64,000 nucleotides of DNA from Calditrichia bacterium (GCA_963796965.1 CAWCNS010000011.1:320001-384000); one strand, 5' to 3'; shown: positions 30,779 to 41,769, counted from the stretch's first letter. Notes: generated by a model from the letters alone, not told the origin. Translations and numbers: made by a program.

Positions 30779-32140
30779 TTAATAACTTTTTATGATATCA
30801 TAACAAATTAGTTTCTGTTTAAAGCGTAGAAAAAGCTTACCGTTTGCTACTATTGGCATAGTCCAAACCGGCCCCTTTATTTCACCCAATGCTCTTTCCA
30901 GATTACTTACCTGAATAAATTTCTGAGGATCTGGTTTCATTAGAAACAAATTTCCCTTTATATCAAGACAAATCAGGTATCCGTCAACAAGGATGCAGGT
31001 TCCCCATCCCATATCATTTGTGCGCCATTTTTCTTCTCCGGTCTTCAAATCAATACACATGAAAGCCCCTCTGTTCTGAAAACTATCGCCGGAATACCCG
31101 TAGAGATAGCCGTCAAGAACATAGGGATCTGAATGGTGAGATGAAAATGCTTCACAACCCCAGAGCGAGTCTGCCCCGGTCTGGTTGACTTTGAGTAACA
31201 TACTTCCGGTAGCATAACCGGATGTGATAAAGACCTGATCATTAATAACAAGTGGCGTGGTAGCATTTACATCATAATCTGTGGGCCAATCGATATTCCA
31301 CAACTCCCTGCCATCAGAAAAATTTAGTGCCGCCAACCCCTTCCCGTGAAACGCGAGAAGCATGGTATCTGCCCCGCTCACCATAGGTTTTAGCGCAGCA
31401 TAACCAGCGGGACCTTCACCACTCTTCCAAATAACATTACCTGTATTTTTATTGTAGGCAATAGTGCGGCAAGTCCCCCCTCCCTGGACAAGAACAAGAT
31501 CTTGGTATACTAAAGGAGAAGATGAATGTCCCCAGGTCGGCTCTTCGCCGCCTTCATCTATGACATTTTTATGCCATAGATTTGTTCCATCTGCCAGATT
31601 CCAGCAGACCAGATCACCATCGCGGCCAAATGTATAGACACGGTTTTCATCAATAAACGGTGTTGCACGCGACCCGGTACCATGGCTTGATGAGGGTTTT
31701 ACCTGATAAGCACCCTGCCAAACCAAGGCACCATCATCTGCATTCAGACAAAACACCAGATCATTTTCAGGATCACGGCCACAGGTAACCAGGAGATTTC
31801 CCTGAATTGCCGATGCAGACCAGGTGGCGCTTGTATTGCCCTGGCAAAGATAATCCACTTCCCACCTTTTATTTAGTCCTTTGCTCCAGTCTGTCTTTAT
31901 TCCTGTAACAAGCGACTTTTTTTCACCATGGGGACCATACCAGGATGGCCAGTCCGCCGCGCCGGTTTCTAAAGATACACGGGCATCTTTTTCTGCTTGT
32001 GGAATTGCTTTTGCTTCTTCACTTATGCCTTCTGTTCCCATTAGGATACTAAGTGAATCCCAATTCCAGGCTGCGAAAACCACTACAGACAGGACAATGA
32101 CACCTACAATTCCTAAGGTCCACTTAAGCCACTTTTTCAT
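30779..32140 (-). CDS. PQQ-like beta-propeller protein
   Basis: N-terminal TM, DWPSWYG, RATPFI, WTMPIVANGKLFLR. Confidence 0.9.
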   Translation of the reverse strand: MKKWLKWTLGIVGVIVLSVVVFAAWNWDSLSILMGTEGISEEAKAIPQAEKDARVSLETGAADWPSWYGPHGEKKSLVTGIKTDWSKGLNKRWEVDYLCQGNTSATWSASAIQGNLLVTCGRDPENDLVFCLNADDGALVWQGAYQVKPSSSHGTGSRATPFIDENRVYTFGRDGDLVCWNLADGTNLWHKNVIDEGGEEPTWGHSSSPLVYQDLVLVQGGGTCRTIAYNKNTGNVIWKSGEGPAGYAALKPMVSGADTMLLAFHGKGLAALNFSDGRELWNIDWPTDYDVNATTPLVINDQVFITSGYATGSMLLKVNQTGADSLWGCEAFSSHHSDPYVLDGYLYGYSGDSFQNRGAFMCIDLKTGEEKWRTNDMGWGTCILVDGYLICLDIKGNLFLMKPDPQKFIQVSNLERALGEIKGPVWTMPIVANGKLFLRFKQKLICYDIIKSY

Positions 32141-32712
32141 AACCTGCTACCCCTTTTTAAATTACATCTGTTCTAAACTTTAATTGCAACATTATAAGTG
32201 TCCGGTTAAGATTTAGATATGTAATTATAAACAACGAGATATCCAATGGATTAATAGATTTCCCAACATGGGGACTTGATTTAAAGAACTCACCCTAAAT
32301 CCCTCTCTTGAAAAGAGAGGGACTTTAAGGAGCCCCTTCTCATGAAGAAGAGAAGGGATTTTTAAATGAGGATTTTTGTTAAAATATTTATTCTTCTTTT
32401 AAACCGGACACTCATGTTGCAACATTAATAATTATAAGTGTGTAAAAAGTAAGGTTTGGTTGTTAATCTTGCAAGATTTTTGGTTGGATTTTTTATACAA
32501 TCCAGAGAATACAGATTTGTGAAGCTGTTTTTTACCACAAAGGGCACAAAGAATCCACAAAGGTCACAAAGAATAATATTAAATATTAATTCTTGGTGTA
32601 CTTGGTGCCTTCTTTGTGCCCTTTGTGGTAAAAAATAATCTGTACAATTTGATAACTTTTATTATTACGATTTTTCTGGAATATCATATTATTCTTTTAG
32701 TTAAATTATTAC

Positions 32713-33414
32713 ATGGCATTTAAAGATCGTTTATTTCTATTTTTGAGTGGTATTTTCCTGACCTCATTAGTATTGGGAAACATTATCGGTACAACAAAGT
32801 TCGTCAATATTTTCGGATTGGTCGTTCCTGCCGGTGTGTTGGCTTACCCTTTTACCTTTTTAGCTACCGATCTGATCTGTGAATTATATGGCAAGAAAAA
32901 AGCACAGACATTGGTTTGGGTTGGATTTGCGATGAATTTTTTTATGCTTGGGCTTATGACCTTGGGACATTATCTCCCAGACGCCACAGGTGTTTCAGGT
33001 GCAGCCTCTACTTTTGAGAATGTCTATCGGTTTATGATTGGTAATGTGATCGCTTCCATGATTGCCTATTTAATAGCGCAAACGGTTGATGTTCATATGT
33101 TCCATTTTTGGAAACGACTGACCAAGGGCAAGCATCTCTGGTTACGAAATAATGCTTCTACCACTTTCAGTCAATTAATTGATACAATAGCCATATTGTC
33201 GATTTTATATTGGGCAAATAATCTGGGGCCGGAAATAGACAGCATTGGCCGGTTAATCGAATTGATCTTTGCCTCATACCTGTTCAAATTCTTCTTTGCC
33301 TTATTTGACACACCTCTTTTTTATCTCGGTGTTTACCTACTTAAAGATAAAGTTCATGATGATCCTGATGAGGAGAAATGGGGATATCACTCATTCAAAG
33401 AAGAAGCGCTCTGA
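32713..33414 (+). CDS. yhhQ: Queuosine precursor transporter (Vut_1/YhhQ family)
   Basis: YPFTFLATDLICELYG, ASMIAYLIAQTVDV, LWLRNNAST.FSQLIDT, ALFDTP signatures. Confidence 0.9.
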   Translation: MAFKDRLFLFLSGIFLTSLVLGNIIGTTKFVNIFGLVVPAGVLAYPFTFLATDLICELYGKKKAQTLVWVGFAMNFFMLGLMTLGHYLPDATGVSGAASTFENVYRFMIGNVIASMIAYLIAQTVDVHMFHFWKRLTKGKHLWLRNNASTTFSQLIDTIAILSILYWANNLGPEIDSIGRLIELIFASYLFKFFFALFDTPLFYLGVYLLKDKVHDDPDEEKWGYHSFKEEAL

Positions 33415-33722
33415 GCGGATTTGGGATGCGGGATGCGGGATATGGGATTCGTGATACGTGATAGGTGATGTTGGTGGATTCAGGAACGATTTGTGCCAGA
33501 CAACAGATCTTTTAAACAGGATCACAGGATTGACAGGATTATATGTTAATATTTTGGATTCTGGATTGTGGATTTTGGAGCAATCAAAAATCCTTAAATC
33601 CGAATTCCCAATTCCAAAATATTTTATCCTGTCAATCCTGTGATCCTGTCCAAAAATTCTTTGTGTACTTTATGATAAAAAAGAGCAACACGTCGTGACA
33701 CAAAGATATCAGTAAATAACGG

Positions 33723-34823
33723 GTGCAAAACATGAGTCAATTTAAACTGAAGATAGTTATCTTTTGCTTAGTGTTCGCCTGGCTCTTTAATGCCTTCCCG
33801 GCTTTGGCATGCACGGCATTTATGCTGAAGAATAAGGAAAAAATATATGTTGGCAGGAATTTGGATTGGCCCATCGGAGACGGGTTCATCGTCATCAATC
33901 AGAAGAATGTAATGAAATATTCCATGGTAGAGGTCAGTAATCGGAGTATCAGATGGAAATCAAAATACAGAAGTGTGACTTTTAACCAATTGGGGAAAGA
34001 GTTTCCATTGGGCGGTATGAATGAGTCGGGATTGGTTGTAGAAGAATTATCTTATAGTCCAGCTGTATATGTATGGAATGACAGCCTTCCAGTGATAAAT
34101 GAATTGCAGTGGATCCAATATCAGCTTGATAATTTTTCTTCGGTAAAGGAAGTTCTTGAGAACCTATCGAAATTATGTATTGAGAAACTATTATTTGGTT
34201 TACATTATTTTATAGCTGATAAGTCAGGAAATTCCGCTGTTATTGAATTTCTTAATGGTCATGTCCGGATCTATTCTGATGAGAGGCTTCCCTACCCCGT
34301 ATTGAGTAATAATACCTATGAAAATTCAATCAAATATTTACGTGGGTATAAAGGTTTTGGTGGAGAAAAAGAAATTATAAGCGGCAGATCTGGCTCACAG
34401 GAACGGTTTCTTTACACCGCAGATTTGACTAAAGAGGAAAATGTACCCAGAGTCGGATCATTACAGGAATATGCTTTTGACATCCTTAACAAGGTGCAGC
34501 AACAGGATACACAATGGCGTATCGTATATAATCCAAAGGACCTGGAAATAGAGTTTAGATTTAAGAAATCAAAGAGACCGATTCATTTAGAATTCAAAAA
34601 TATAGATTTTAACAATTGTAAAATTTACCCCATTCCTTCAAACAATGACGACTTTGTTGATTATCCTGAGTTTATTCCCTATTCACTTCAGAACAATATG
34701 CAATTATTAGATTCGGTATTTACACAACTAATCCGCTTAGATGAGGTTGACCCATCCGCTGCCCAAAAAACTCAAACCACCATAAATCAATATTTAGTTA
34801 TTCAAGATCCAGATTCGTTATGA
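33723..34823 (+). CDS. Linear amide C-N hydrolase (choloylglycine hydrolase/penicillin V acylase family), exported
   Basis: Signal peptide then nucleophile CTAF, GRNLDW, GGMNESGL, HYFIADKSG, SQERF. Confidence 0.9.
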   Translation: MQNMSQFKLKIVIFCLVFAWLFNAFPALACTAFMLKNKEKIYVGRNLDWPIGDGFIVINQKNVMKYSMVEVSNRSIRWKSKYRSVTFNQLGKEFPLGGMNESGLVVEELSYSPAVYVWNDSLPVINELQWIQYQLDNFSSVKEVLENLSKLCIEKLLFGLHYFIADKSGNSAVIEFLNGHVRIYSDERLPYPVLSNNTYENSIKYLRGYKGFGGEKEIISGRSGSQERFLYTADLTKEENVPRVGSLQEYAFDILNKVQQQDTQWRIVYNPKDLEIEFRFKKSKRPIHLEFKNIDFNNCKIYPIPSNNDDFVDYPEFIPYSLQNNMQLLDSVFTQLIRLDEVDPSAAQKTQTTINQYLVIQDPDSL

Positions 34824-34959
34824 GAAAACAAACGATTTGTCAACCTAATTTGCGCTATTTACGCTAATCAACTGGCCATATTTGCATTAATTCAGGCAAT
34901 TTTTATTAACCCATTGAGGGACATTGTTTGGTAATGAGACCATGTGGGATTCAAAGATT

Positions 34960-35086
34960 CCCGGGTACAACAAGAAAACGAACCATTTTATCCTGCCGGT
35001 TCGTATTCAGTATGTTGAGAATAAACATCAACTTAGACGTAGTGATTATGTGAGGACCAAATTTCTGCAGCGGCAGATTTGTTGGC
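34960..35086 (+). pseudogene. Truncated copy of the att-split HTH gene fragment
   Basis: Near-identical to 41440-41566 (PGYNKKTNHFILPV.IQYV.NKHQLRRSDYVRTKFL); similarity stops before the HTH. Confidence 0.7.
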
Positions 35087-35371
35087 ATATGGCATGCCTA
35101 AGGCTGCGATCCTTAAAGTATCATTACATCTTCATACGGCGTAATTGTCAATTTCCCCTATTTCCTCCAGGATACCAATTTACCTCAAATTATCTGAAAG
35201 CAAAATATTAAAGTATCAGGGAAATAATCCGATAATTTATTTAACAATTTTCAAAAGTTAAACTTTTTCAACAATCTGATTTGACACTTTTGACAATTAA
35301 TATGGTACTCATCTGCTCTTAATTAATCATGGTAATAGAACTTGAAAAGAATTTTCTTATGGAGGTTTGAA

Positions 35372-36802
35372 ATGTTGAAACGGTTTACGTCGTTTTTTTG
35401 TATTATGTTTATTTCGCAATTCATGAATCTTTTTTCACAAACTGTTATTTCGGAAAAGTGGTATGGAGGAGGTTACAATGATGTGGGTTACGGTGCGGTA
35501 CAATTGGAAGACGGCGGTTTTTTAATTACCGGTATTTACCAGGAATCATATTATAATGATATCTATTTAATCCGAACCGATGCCTTGGGCAATACGCTCT
35601 GGACCAAAACTTATGGTGGCTCATCATGGGATAACGGGTTAGAAATCATATCCACCTTGGACAATAACTATCTTATATGTGGCAGAACTTTTTCCGGCAG
35701 CAGCACAAATTCCGGCGATGCCTGTCTTATAAAAATCGATTCACTGGGGAATACTATCTGGGAGAAGACCTATGGAAGTTCGAGAAAAGATGGTAGTTGG
35801 GCAGTTGCCCAGGCTTCCGATTCAGGTTTTGTATTTACCGGCCAGTATAATTATAGTGATCTCTGGGCAGTTAAAACCGATTCAAAGGGTGTAGAAAAAT
35901 GGTCCCGGACCTATGGTCCGGTTATTGGATACAAAATCATTGAGACGGCAGATATGAATTATCTGATGACCGGAGCGATTGGTACGCCTAATAAGATGTA
36001 TATCGCAAAATTGGACTCATCCAACGGTGATACTTTATGGACCTGTACACTTGGTGGAAGTGACATTGATTTTGGATATGACATATGTAATACCCCTGAG
36101 GGCGGCTTTCTCGTTTTTGGATCAACAAAGTCATTTGGCGCGGGCGGGTATGATATGTACCTGGCGGAGATAACAGCAGACGGCGATACATTATCCACCA
36201 GAACTTACGGTTTAGGACAAGATGAATATGGATATTCAATTTCACCAACCCCGGATAGCGGGTATATTGCCTGTGGTTTCACCGGATCAATCGGAGCCGG
36301 TTTAAATGATGTTTATGTCGTCAAACTCGATGCAAATCTCGATACCGTATGGACCGCTACCTATGGTGGCGAAAATAATGATTGGGGACACGAAGTACTC
36401 TGCAGCGGAGAGAACAGTTACACGATCATAGCCTCAACCCAATCATACGGAAATGCCGGTGATGTTTACTTTTTAAAAATCGTCGAAAACGAAATAACGG
36501 CGATCGATGCGACAGACGAGACTTCCTTGACAACACCACTTTTATATCATTTATCGCAAAACTACCCGAATCCTTTTAACCCGTCCACGACTATATCATT
36601 TACGTTGCCAAAAAACGAATTTGTGAAAGTGACACTTTACAACTTAAATGGACAGGTTGTCCGATCAGTTTATTCCGGTGAAAAAACAGCCGGCATGCAT
36701 CATTTGACCGTTGATGCGTCAAATCTGGCCAGCGGGGTTTATTTTTATACGATTGCCGCCGGGAAATTTCATCAGACAAAAAAGATGATCCTGATGCGAT
36801 AG
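35372..36802 (+). CDS. Secreted repeat protein with T9SS-like C-terminal sorting domain
   Basis: G.TLWTKTYGG repeats; [13 protein letters not shown]...KKMILMR tail. Confidence 0.85.
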   Translation: MLKRFTSFFCIMFISQFMNLFSQTVISEKWYGGGYNDVGYGAVQLEDGGFLITGIYQESYYNDIYLIRTDALGNTLWTKTYGGSSWDNGLEIISTLDNNYLICGRTFSGSSTNSGDACLIKIDSLGNTIWEKTYGSSRKDGSWAVAQASDSGFVFTGQYNYSDLWAVKTDSKGVEKWSRTYGPVIGYKIIETADMNYLMTGAIGTPNKMYIAKLDSSNGDTLWTCTLGGSDIDFGYDICNTPEGGFLVFGSTKSFGAGGYDMYLAEITADGDTLSTRTYGLGQDEYGYSISPTPDSGYIACGFTGSIGAGLNDVYVVKLDANLDTVWTATYGGENNDWGHEVLCSGENSYTIIASTQSYGNAGDVYFLKIVENEITAIDATDETSLTTPLLYHLSQNYPNPFNPSTTISFTLPKNEFVKVTLYNLNGQVVRSVYSGEKTAGMHHLTVDASNLASGVYFYTIAAGKFHQTKKMILMR

Positions 36803-37456
36803 TATCAAATGCTAGCAGGTGAATTGTTTTTTTAGACAAGATAACAGGATCTACAGGATAAAATATTGGACGAAGAAAGGAAGCATAAAATATTTAATTA
36901 TTAACTCGATATGACTGAATATAAGATCATAATTAATAAATTAAATCCTTTTAATCCTGTGATCCTGTCAAAAAAAGAAACGTATAGTCATATGATACAA
37001 ACTTACGATAATATTTATAAATCGGTTACCTGTGGTCGAAAAGGGATTTTCAAAGTCCCCGGATGTTTAACCTATAAATCTCCGGGGGCGATTTTATACG
37101 GTAATTCTTTCTATTAGAGAGTTGAAATAATGTGATATCGACCGAGGGTTACCCTCCTAATAAAATCCTAAGCATGAATTCCTAAACCCTAAACAATCTC
37201 AAATTTTAAATTATAAATTAATTAAAAATTTAGTAATTGAGAATTGCTTTTACTCAACCTATGAATATTTTATCTTTCTACTTATAAATTATTTGAATAA
37301 GTTATAATTGATATAGTTATTCCTTTACGTATCTATAAAATATGACATTCAAATAATGAATAATCTCATATGAAAATTAATCTGACGTGATACCGGATAC
37401 CTGCATAAAGATTTAAAAAACAAATGAGAAAACCGAAAAATTAATCCGGAGATATA

Positions 37457-39055
37457 TTGATGGATCCACTTTGGATTGTCATTGCCTTTGTACTTGGTTT
37501 TGCGGTCAAACAAATTGGCTTGCCGCCGCTGATAGGATTTCTGGCTGCCGGTTTTGTACTTAATGCGATGGGTTTTGAAGGCGGAGAGACTCTTAACCAA
37601 ATCGCTGATTTTGGCCTGTATCTCCTGCTATTTAGTATTGGATTAAAACTAAATGTTAAAAGTCTACTTAAACCTCAGATATGGGCGAGCGCTTCTCTGC
37701 ATATGCTTATCACTGTCGTTGTCTTTGGAGCAGCATTTTTTGCCCTTAGCGTGACCGGGCTCGCTTATTTTACTGATCTGGATTTGATGACGTCATTGTT
37801 AGCCGCCTTTGCTCTCAGTTTTTCCAGTACCGTTTTCGCCGTAAAAATTCTTGAAGAGACGGGCGAGATGTCAGCCATTCACGGAAGGATTGCAATAGGC
37901 ATTTTAATCATGCAGGATATATTTGCCGTCATCTTTTTAACCTTATCATCCGGCAAAACTCCTTCTCCATGGGCGATCGTTTTGGTCGCTATTCTGGTAA
38001 TCCCCATTCTGCTTAACAAGACACGACCCGTTTCATATATTATCAATAAATCTGGCCATGGTGAGCTTTTAGTCTTACTTGGTGTGCTGATTCCTTTCGG
38101 TTATGCAACCTTATTTGGTATGGTGGATTTAAAACCGGATTTGGGCGCCTTGATATCAGGCATCGCTTTTAGTCGTTACCCAAAAGCGAGAGAGTTAAGC
38201 AACGCCATGTTAGGTTTCAAGGACTTGTTTTTGGTCGGTTTTTTTCTGACCATTGGCCTCGCCGGCACGCCGGATTTAACTATGCTGGGAATTTCATCTC
38301 TGTTAGCTCTATTAGTTCCCATAAAAGTCGTATTCTTTTTTTTAATACTCACCAGGTTCAAACTGCGGGCACGCACATCTACACTTGCATCTTTCAGCCT
38401 GGCCAATTACAGTGAATTCGGATTAATCGTCGGCGCAGCAGGTGTTGCGGCAGGCTGGCTTAATCCAGAGTGGTTAATAATTTTTGCTATTGCTCTTTCA
38501 ATATCATTTATACTGGCCTCACCAATAAACATGGCCGCAAATAGTATTTACGCACGCTGGCATGAGAAACTCCAACGATTCGAAACCAAAAAGCGTCTAC
38601 CAGAGGATGAGCCCATCGATTCTGGTGATGCAGAAATTATTATTTTAGGTATGGGACGTATTGGCACAGAGGTTTACAAAGTAATGGAAGATAAATTTGG
38701 TCAGATCGTGTTAGGAATCGATTCCGAGAAAGAAACGATAGACAACCATCTTACCTTAATGCGGAATGTCATACATGGAGATGCGACTGACTCTGATTTC
38801 TGGGAACGTGTCTGTTTCTCCTCAAAAGTACGTTTAATTATTATGGCAACCTCGAATCATTCAGTACAGATGGAAGTCATTGAGCAGCTCAGGAAGTTTA
38901 CCGATAAAAAAACAATTGTCGCTCTTTCCAGATATGAGGACGAAATAGCAGAACTAAAAGCAGCTGGTGTAGAGGAGGTGTTTAATTTCTATTCTGAAGC
39001 TGGTATTGGTTATGCTGAACATGTTTTTAAGTTTTCAAAAAAATCCGGTTTTTAA
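37457..39055 (+). CDS. CPA2 cation:proton antiporter with C-terminal TrkA-N/RCK domain (Kef-like)
   Basis: LPPLIGFLAAG, LSFSSTVFAVK, GILIMQD, SEFGLI; GMGRIG, HGDATD. Confidence 0.9.
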   Translation: MMDPLWIVIAFVLGFAVKQIGLPPLIGFLAAGFVLNAMGFEGGETLNQIADFGLYLLLFSIGLKLNVKSLLKPQIWASASLHMLITVVVFGAAFFALSVTGLAYFTDLDLMTSLLAAFALSFSSTVFAVKILEETGEMSAIHGRIAIGILIMQDIFAVIFLTLSSGKTPSPWAIVLVAILVIPILLNKTRPVSYIINKSGHGELLVLLGVLIPFGYATLFGMVDLKPDLGALISGIAFSRYPKARELSNAMLGFKDLFLVGFFLTIGLAGTPDLTMLGISSLLALLVPIKVVFFFLILTRFKLRARTSTLASFSLANYSEFGLIVGAAGVAAGWLNPEWLIIFAIALSISFILASPINMAANSIYARWHEKLQRFETKKRLPEDEPIDSGDAEIIILGMGRIGTEVYKVMEDKFGQIVLGIDSEKETIDNHLTLMRNVIHGDATDSDFWERVCFSSKVRLIIMATSNHSVQMEVIEQLRKFTDKKTIVALSRYEDEIAELKAAGVEEVFNFYSEAGIGYAEHVFKFSKKSGF

Positions 39056-39113
39056 ACAGCGGAATAAAAAGTAACATTATGACAGTAAGTGACATTTAAT
39101 TTTGGCCTCGCCC

Positions 39114-39551
39114 TCAAGTGATTTGTTTTACATTTTTACTAAAGACTACCTGCGTTTTAGAGAGAGAATATCCCAAATTTTTATAAAACTCATGTGCCTG
39201 CTCACGAATGACATTAGCCCGGATACGGATAACATTGGTATGATCTTTTAGCCAATTCTCAGCGGTGCTCACAAGCCCTTTACCAACACCTCTTCCACGA
39301 CTTGCTTCATCAACTACCAGACTTACAATTTCACCGTTTGTGCCTGCAGCTAAACGTACATCTATAATGGCTGATACACAACCACAAACCCTGCCTGAAA
39401 GTTCTGCAACAAAAACTTCACCGCCGCTACCTCTGACAGCGCTGATGTTTTTTGCCAGACTTTCTTCGCTATGTTCATAGCCTAGTTGAGCCATTAGCTC
39501 AAGCAGAGCCTCAATATCTGAATTAGAGTATTTTCGAAATTTTGGAATCAT
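39114..39551 (-). CDS. GNAT family acetyltransferase
   Basis: LVVDEASRGRGVGKGLV (motif A), AHEFYKNLGY. Confidence 0.9.
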   Translation of the reverse strand: MIPKFRKYSNSDIEALLELMAQLGYEHSEESLAKNISAVRGSGGEVFVAELSGRVCGCVSAIIDVRLAAGTNGEIVSLVVDEASRGRGVGKGLVSTAENWLKDHTNVIRIRANVIREQAHEFYKNLGYSLSKTQVVFSKNVKQIT

Positions 39552-40025
39552 AGATAAAAATGTATAACCTTTGGTAGCTATTTCTTCATGCTAAGTCCAA
39601 AACTGAATCTTGAAAGAAGTTAGTTAGTCGTGACAAAAAGTTTACGCTATATAATATTAATTTAATATAATTTCGAATGAGAAATGACATAAAAATTATC
39701 CATGATTTAGCCTACCTAAATTTCTGTATCCTGTCGGCAGTCTCCAGAGTCCCTTTTCTTATCCAGTATCTATTTTCTCGTCATCCTGCAAGGATAATCC
39801 TCTCTGAAGTATCATTCACGACAAGTAGAAAGATTCCTACTGAATGACACACCATGTGAATCAGACCCAGAATCAAGCATCCGTATCTAATATTGGTGCA
39901 AAATGCTAAGTCTAAATACTTAAATTCAAAACGATTAGAATTAAGATTGATATATTTATGCTTTGAAATTATATTGAAATATCATATATTGATGATGATA
40001 TATCAAGGTAATTAAGGAAATTTAT

Positions 40026-41171
40026 ATGGCTTTTATAAATCGACCAGCTGACATTAAAATGATCAAAGAATTAATTCGCATTTTTCCGGTCACCGCAATT
40101 CTTGGTGCCCGGCAAACTGGAAAAACGACACTTGCCCGCAAAATGAAAGCGGATCACTACTTTGATCTGGAAAATCCACGTGATTTGGTGAAGCTTGACC
40201 ATCCACAGACCTCGCTCGAACAATTATCGGGTTTGATCGTTATTGATGAAATTCAACGAAAACCGGATTTGTTCCCTCTGCTAAGGTATCTGGTTGACTC
40301 CAGGCCCGACCAAAAATATTTGATTCTCGGCAGTGCTTCGCAACACCTGATCAAAAACAGCAGCGAATCACTTGCAGGCCGCATAGGATATTTTCAACTT
40401 GGTGGATTGCGGTTGGATGATGTTTCATCAGGAAAAAGGAATCAATTGTGGTTGAGAGGAGGATTACCGAGATCATATTTAGCTGATAATGATCGGGATA
40501 GTTTTACATGGTTAAATAACTATGTTCTGACCTTTCTTGAGCGGGATATTCCACAACTGGGAATTACCATTCCATCACAAACTCTACACCGGTTCTGGCA
40601 AATGGTAAGCCATTATCATGGTCAGATTATCAATTATTCAGAGTTAGCACGTTCTTTTGGCATCAGTGATATGACGGTTCGCAGGTATCTTGATATTTTA
40701 TCACAAACATTTATGATTCGTTTGTTGCCGCCCTGGTATCCAAACTTGAAAAAAAGACTGGTTAAAAGACCTAAACTATATGTTAAAGACTCCGGTGTTT
40801 TTCATTCTCTGCAGTCTCTTCAAAGGTATGATGATTTGCTTGCTCATCCCAAATTAGGCGCATCCTGGGAAGGTTTTGCCATTGAAAATGTGATTAGGAT
40901 TATAGGAGAACCGGCACATAGTTTTTATTTCTGGCGAACTCACGCCGGTGCAGAGCTGGATTTGTTTTGGCAGGCGCATGGTAGTAACTGGGGAGTCGAA
41001 ATTAAATATGCGGATGCGCCTGGAATCACAGTGTCCATGAAAAACGCCGTTTATGATCTAAAACTTAAACATCTGTGGATTGTGTATCCGGGAAGCGAGG
41101 TGTATAAACTTGGGGATAACATTTCGGTAATCCCTTTCACTAATATAAAAGGAAAGTGGAATTACTATTAA
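40026..41171 (+). CDS. AAA_14 ATPase with DUF4143 domain
   Basis: GARQTGKTT, IDEIQ, LGSAS, ESLAGR, RGGLP, KRPKLY.KDSG, FWRT..GAELD, GVEIK. Confidence 0.9.
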   Translation: MAFINRPADIKMIKELIRIFPVTAILGARQTGKTTLARKMKADHYFDLENPRDLVKLDHPQTSLEQLSGLIVIDEIQRKPDLFPLLRYLVDSRPDQKYLILGSASQHLIKNSSESLAGRIGYFQLGGLRLDDVSSGKRNQLWLRGGLPRSYLADNDRDSFTWLNNYVLTFLERDIPQLGITIPSQTLHRFWQMVSHYHGQIINYSELARSFGISDMTVRRYLDILSQTFMIRLLPPWYPNLKKRLVKRPKLYVKDSGVFHSLQSLQRYDDLLAHPKLGASWEGFAIENVIRIIGEPAHSFYFWRTHAGAELDLFWQAHGSNWGVEIKYADAPGITVSMKNAVYDLKLKHLWIVYPGSEVYKLGDNISVIPFTNIKGKWNYY

Positions 41172-41412
41172 TGGTCCGTCTTCGCCGGACAACCTCATGA
41201 TTAATCCGCCAAAGGACAAAATTCCAATCCACAAGATACAAAAAACAAACAAACAACAATGACTCAAGAAGAAAACAAAAATCTAAGTACAATTATTGGA
41301 GTACAAACAATACTTAAATTTCTGTTTCGAAACTAATTATTATTTGGGGTTGGGATTTGAGGTTTGTTTGGAAATTGGTGCATGGAATTTGGAATTTTTT
41401 GTCAAATAAAAA

Positions 41413-41431
41413 AGGCCTCAAAAAGAGGCCT
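41413..41431. terminator. Hairpin terminator adjoining tRNA-3'-like att site
   Basis: AGGCCTC-AAAAA-GAGGCCT with a T-tract on the minus strand, directly next to GGCTCCCCGGG. Confidence 0.65.
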
Positions 41432-41436
41432 AAAGG

Positions 41437-41769
41437 CTCCCCGGGTACAACAAGAAGACGAACCATTTTATCCTACCAGTCAGTATTCAGTATGTCGATA
41501 ATAAACATCAACTTAGACGTAGTGATTATGTGAGGACAAAATTCCTGAAACAGCGTATTTATGGCTATTTTTATAACAATTTGCGGATTAATAAACCTGA
41601 GAAGTTAACACGGGAAGAGTTACGGGATAATTACCGAAATGAGCGAATTAATAGATCGATCGAGTATCAAAAACTGATTGAAGAAAACGGCTGGAGCAAA
41701 GCAGATCTGGCCAGGTATTTGAGCGTCTCCCGAGCGTGGGTTACGATTGTTATGCGGGAGTTGGAGTAA
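41437..41769 (+). CDS. Headless HTH-domain ORF beginning at a tRNA-3'-like site
   Basis: Open frame LPGYNKKTN...WSKADLARYLSVSRAWVTIVMRELE preceded by in-frame TAA (41431); homologous along its length to 61645-61977. Confidence 0.7.
   Translation, partial: LPGYNKKTNHFILPVSIQYVDNKHQLRRSDYVRTKFLKQRIYGYFYNNLRINKPEKLTREELRDNYRNERINRSIEYQKLIEENGWSKADLARYLSVSRAWVTIVMRELE

Noticed and set aside
10189..32140. Calling the propellers BamB or PQQ dehydrogenases
   Set aside because: Eight divergent copies outside a bam/der context, shorter than quinoprotein alcohol dehydrogenases, lacking their vicinal Cys pair, and no pqq genes in the window.
32140..32713. preQ1 riboswitch upstream of yhhQ
   Set aside because: No convincing preQ1 motif seen; the hairpins here are REP/MITE-type (CCCTCTCT/AGAGAGGG, GTGTCCGGTT/AACCGGACAC, ACCACAAAG arms).
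35083..35097. Second sigma54 promoter TGGCATATGGCATGC
   Set aside because: Spacing fits but the -12 element is non-consensus, it overlaps a pseudogene breakpoint, and it is far from the next start.
37143..37172. preQ1-like hairpin GAGGGTTACCCTC with A-rich tail
   Set aside because: Loop too short, lacks the conserved loop residues, and lies upstream of an unrelated antiporter.
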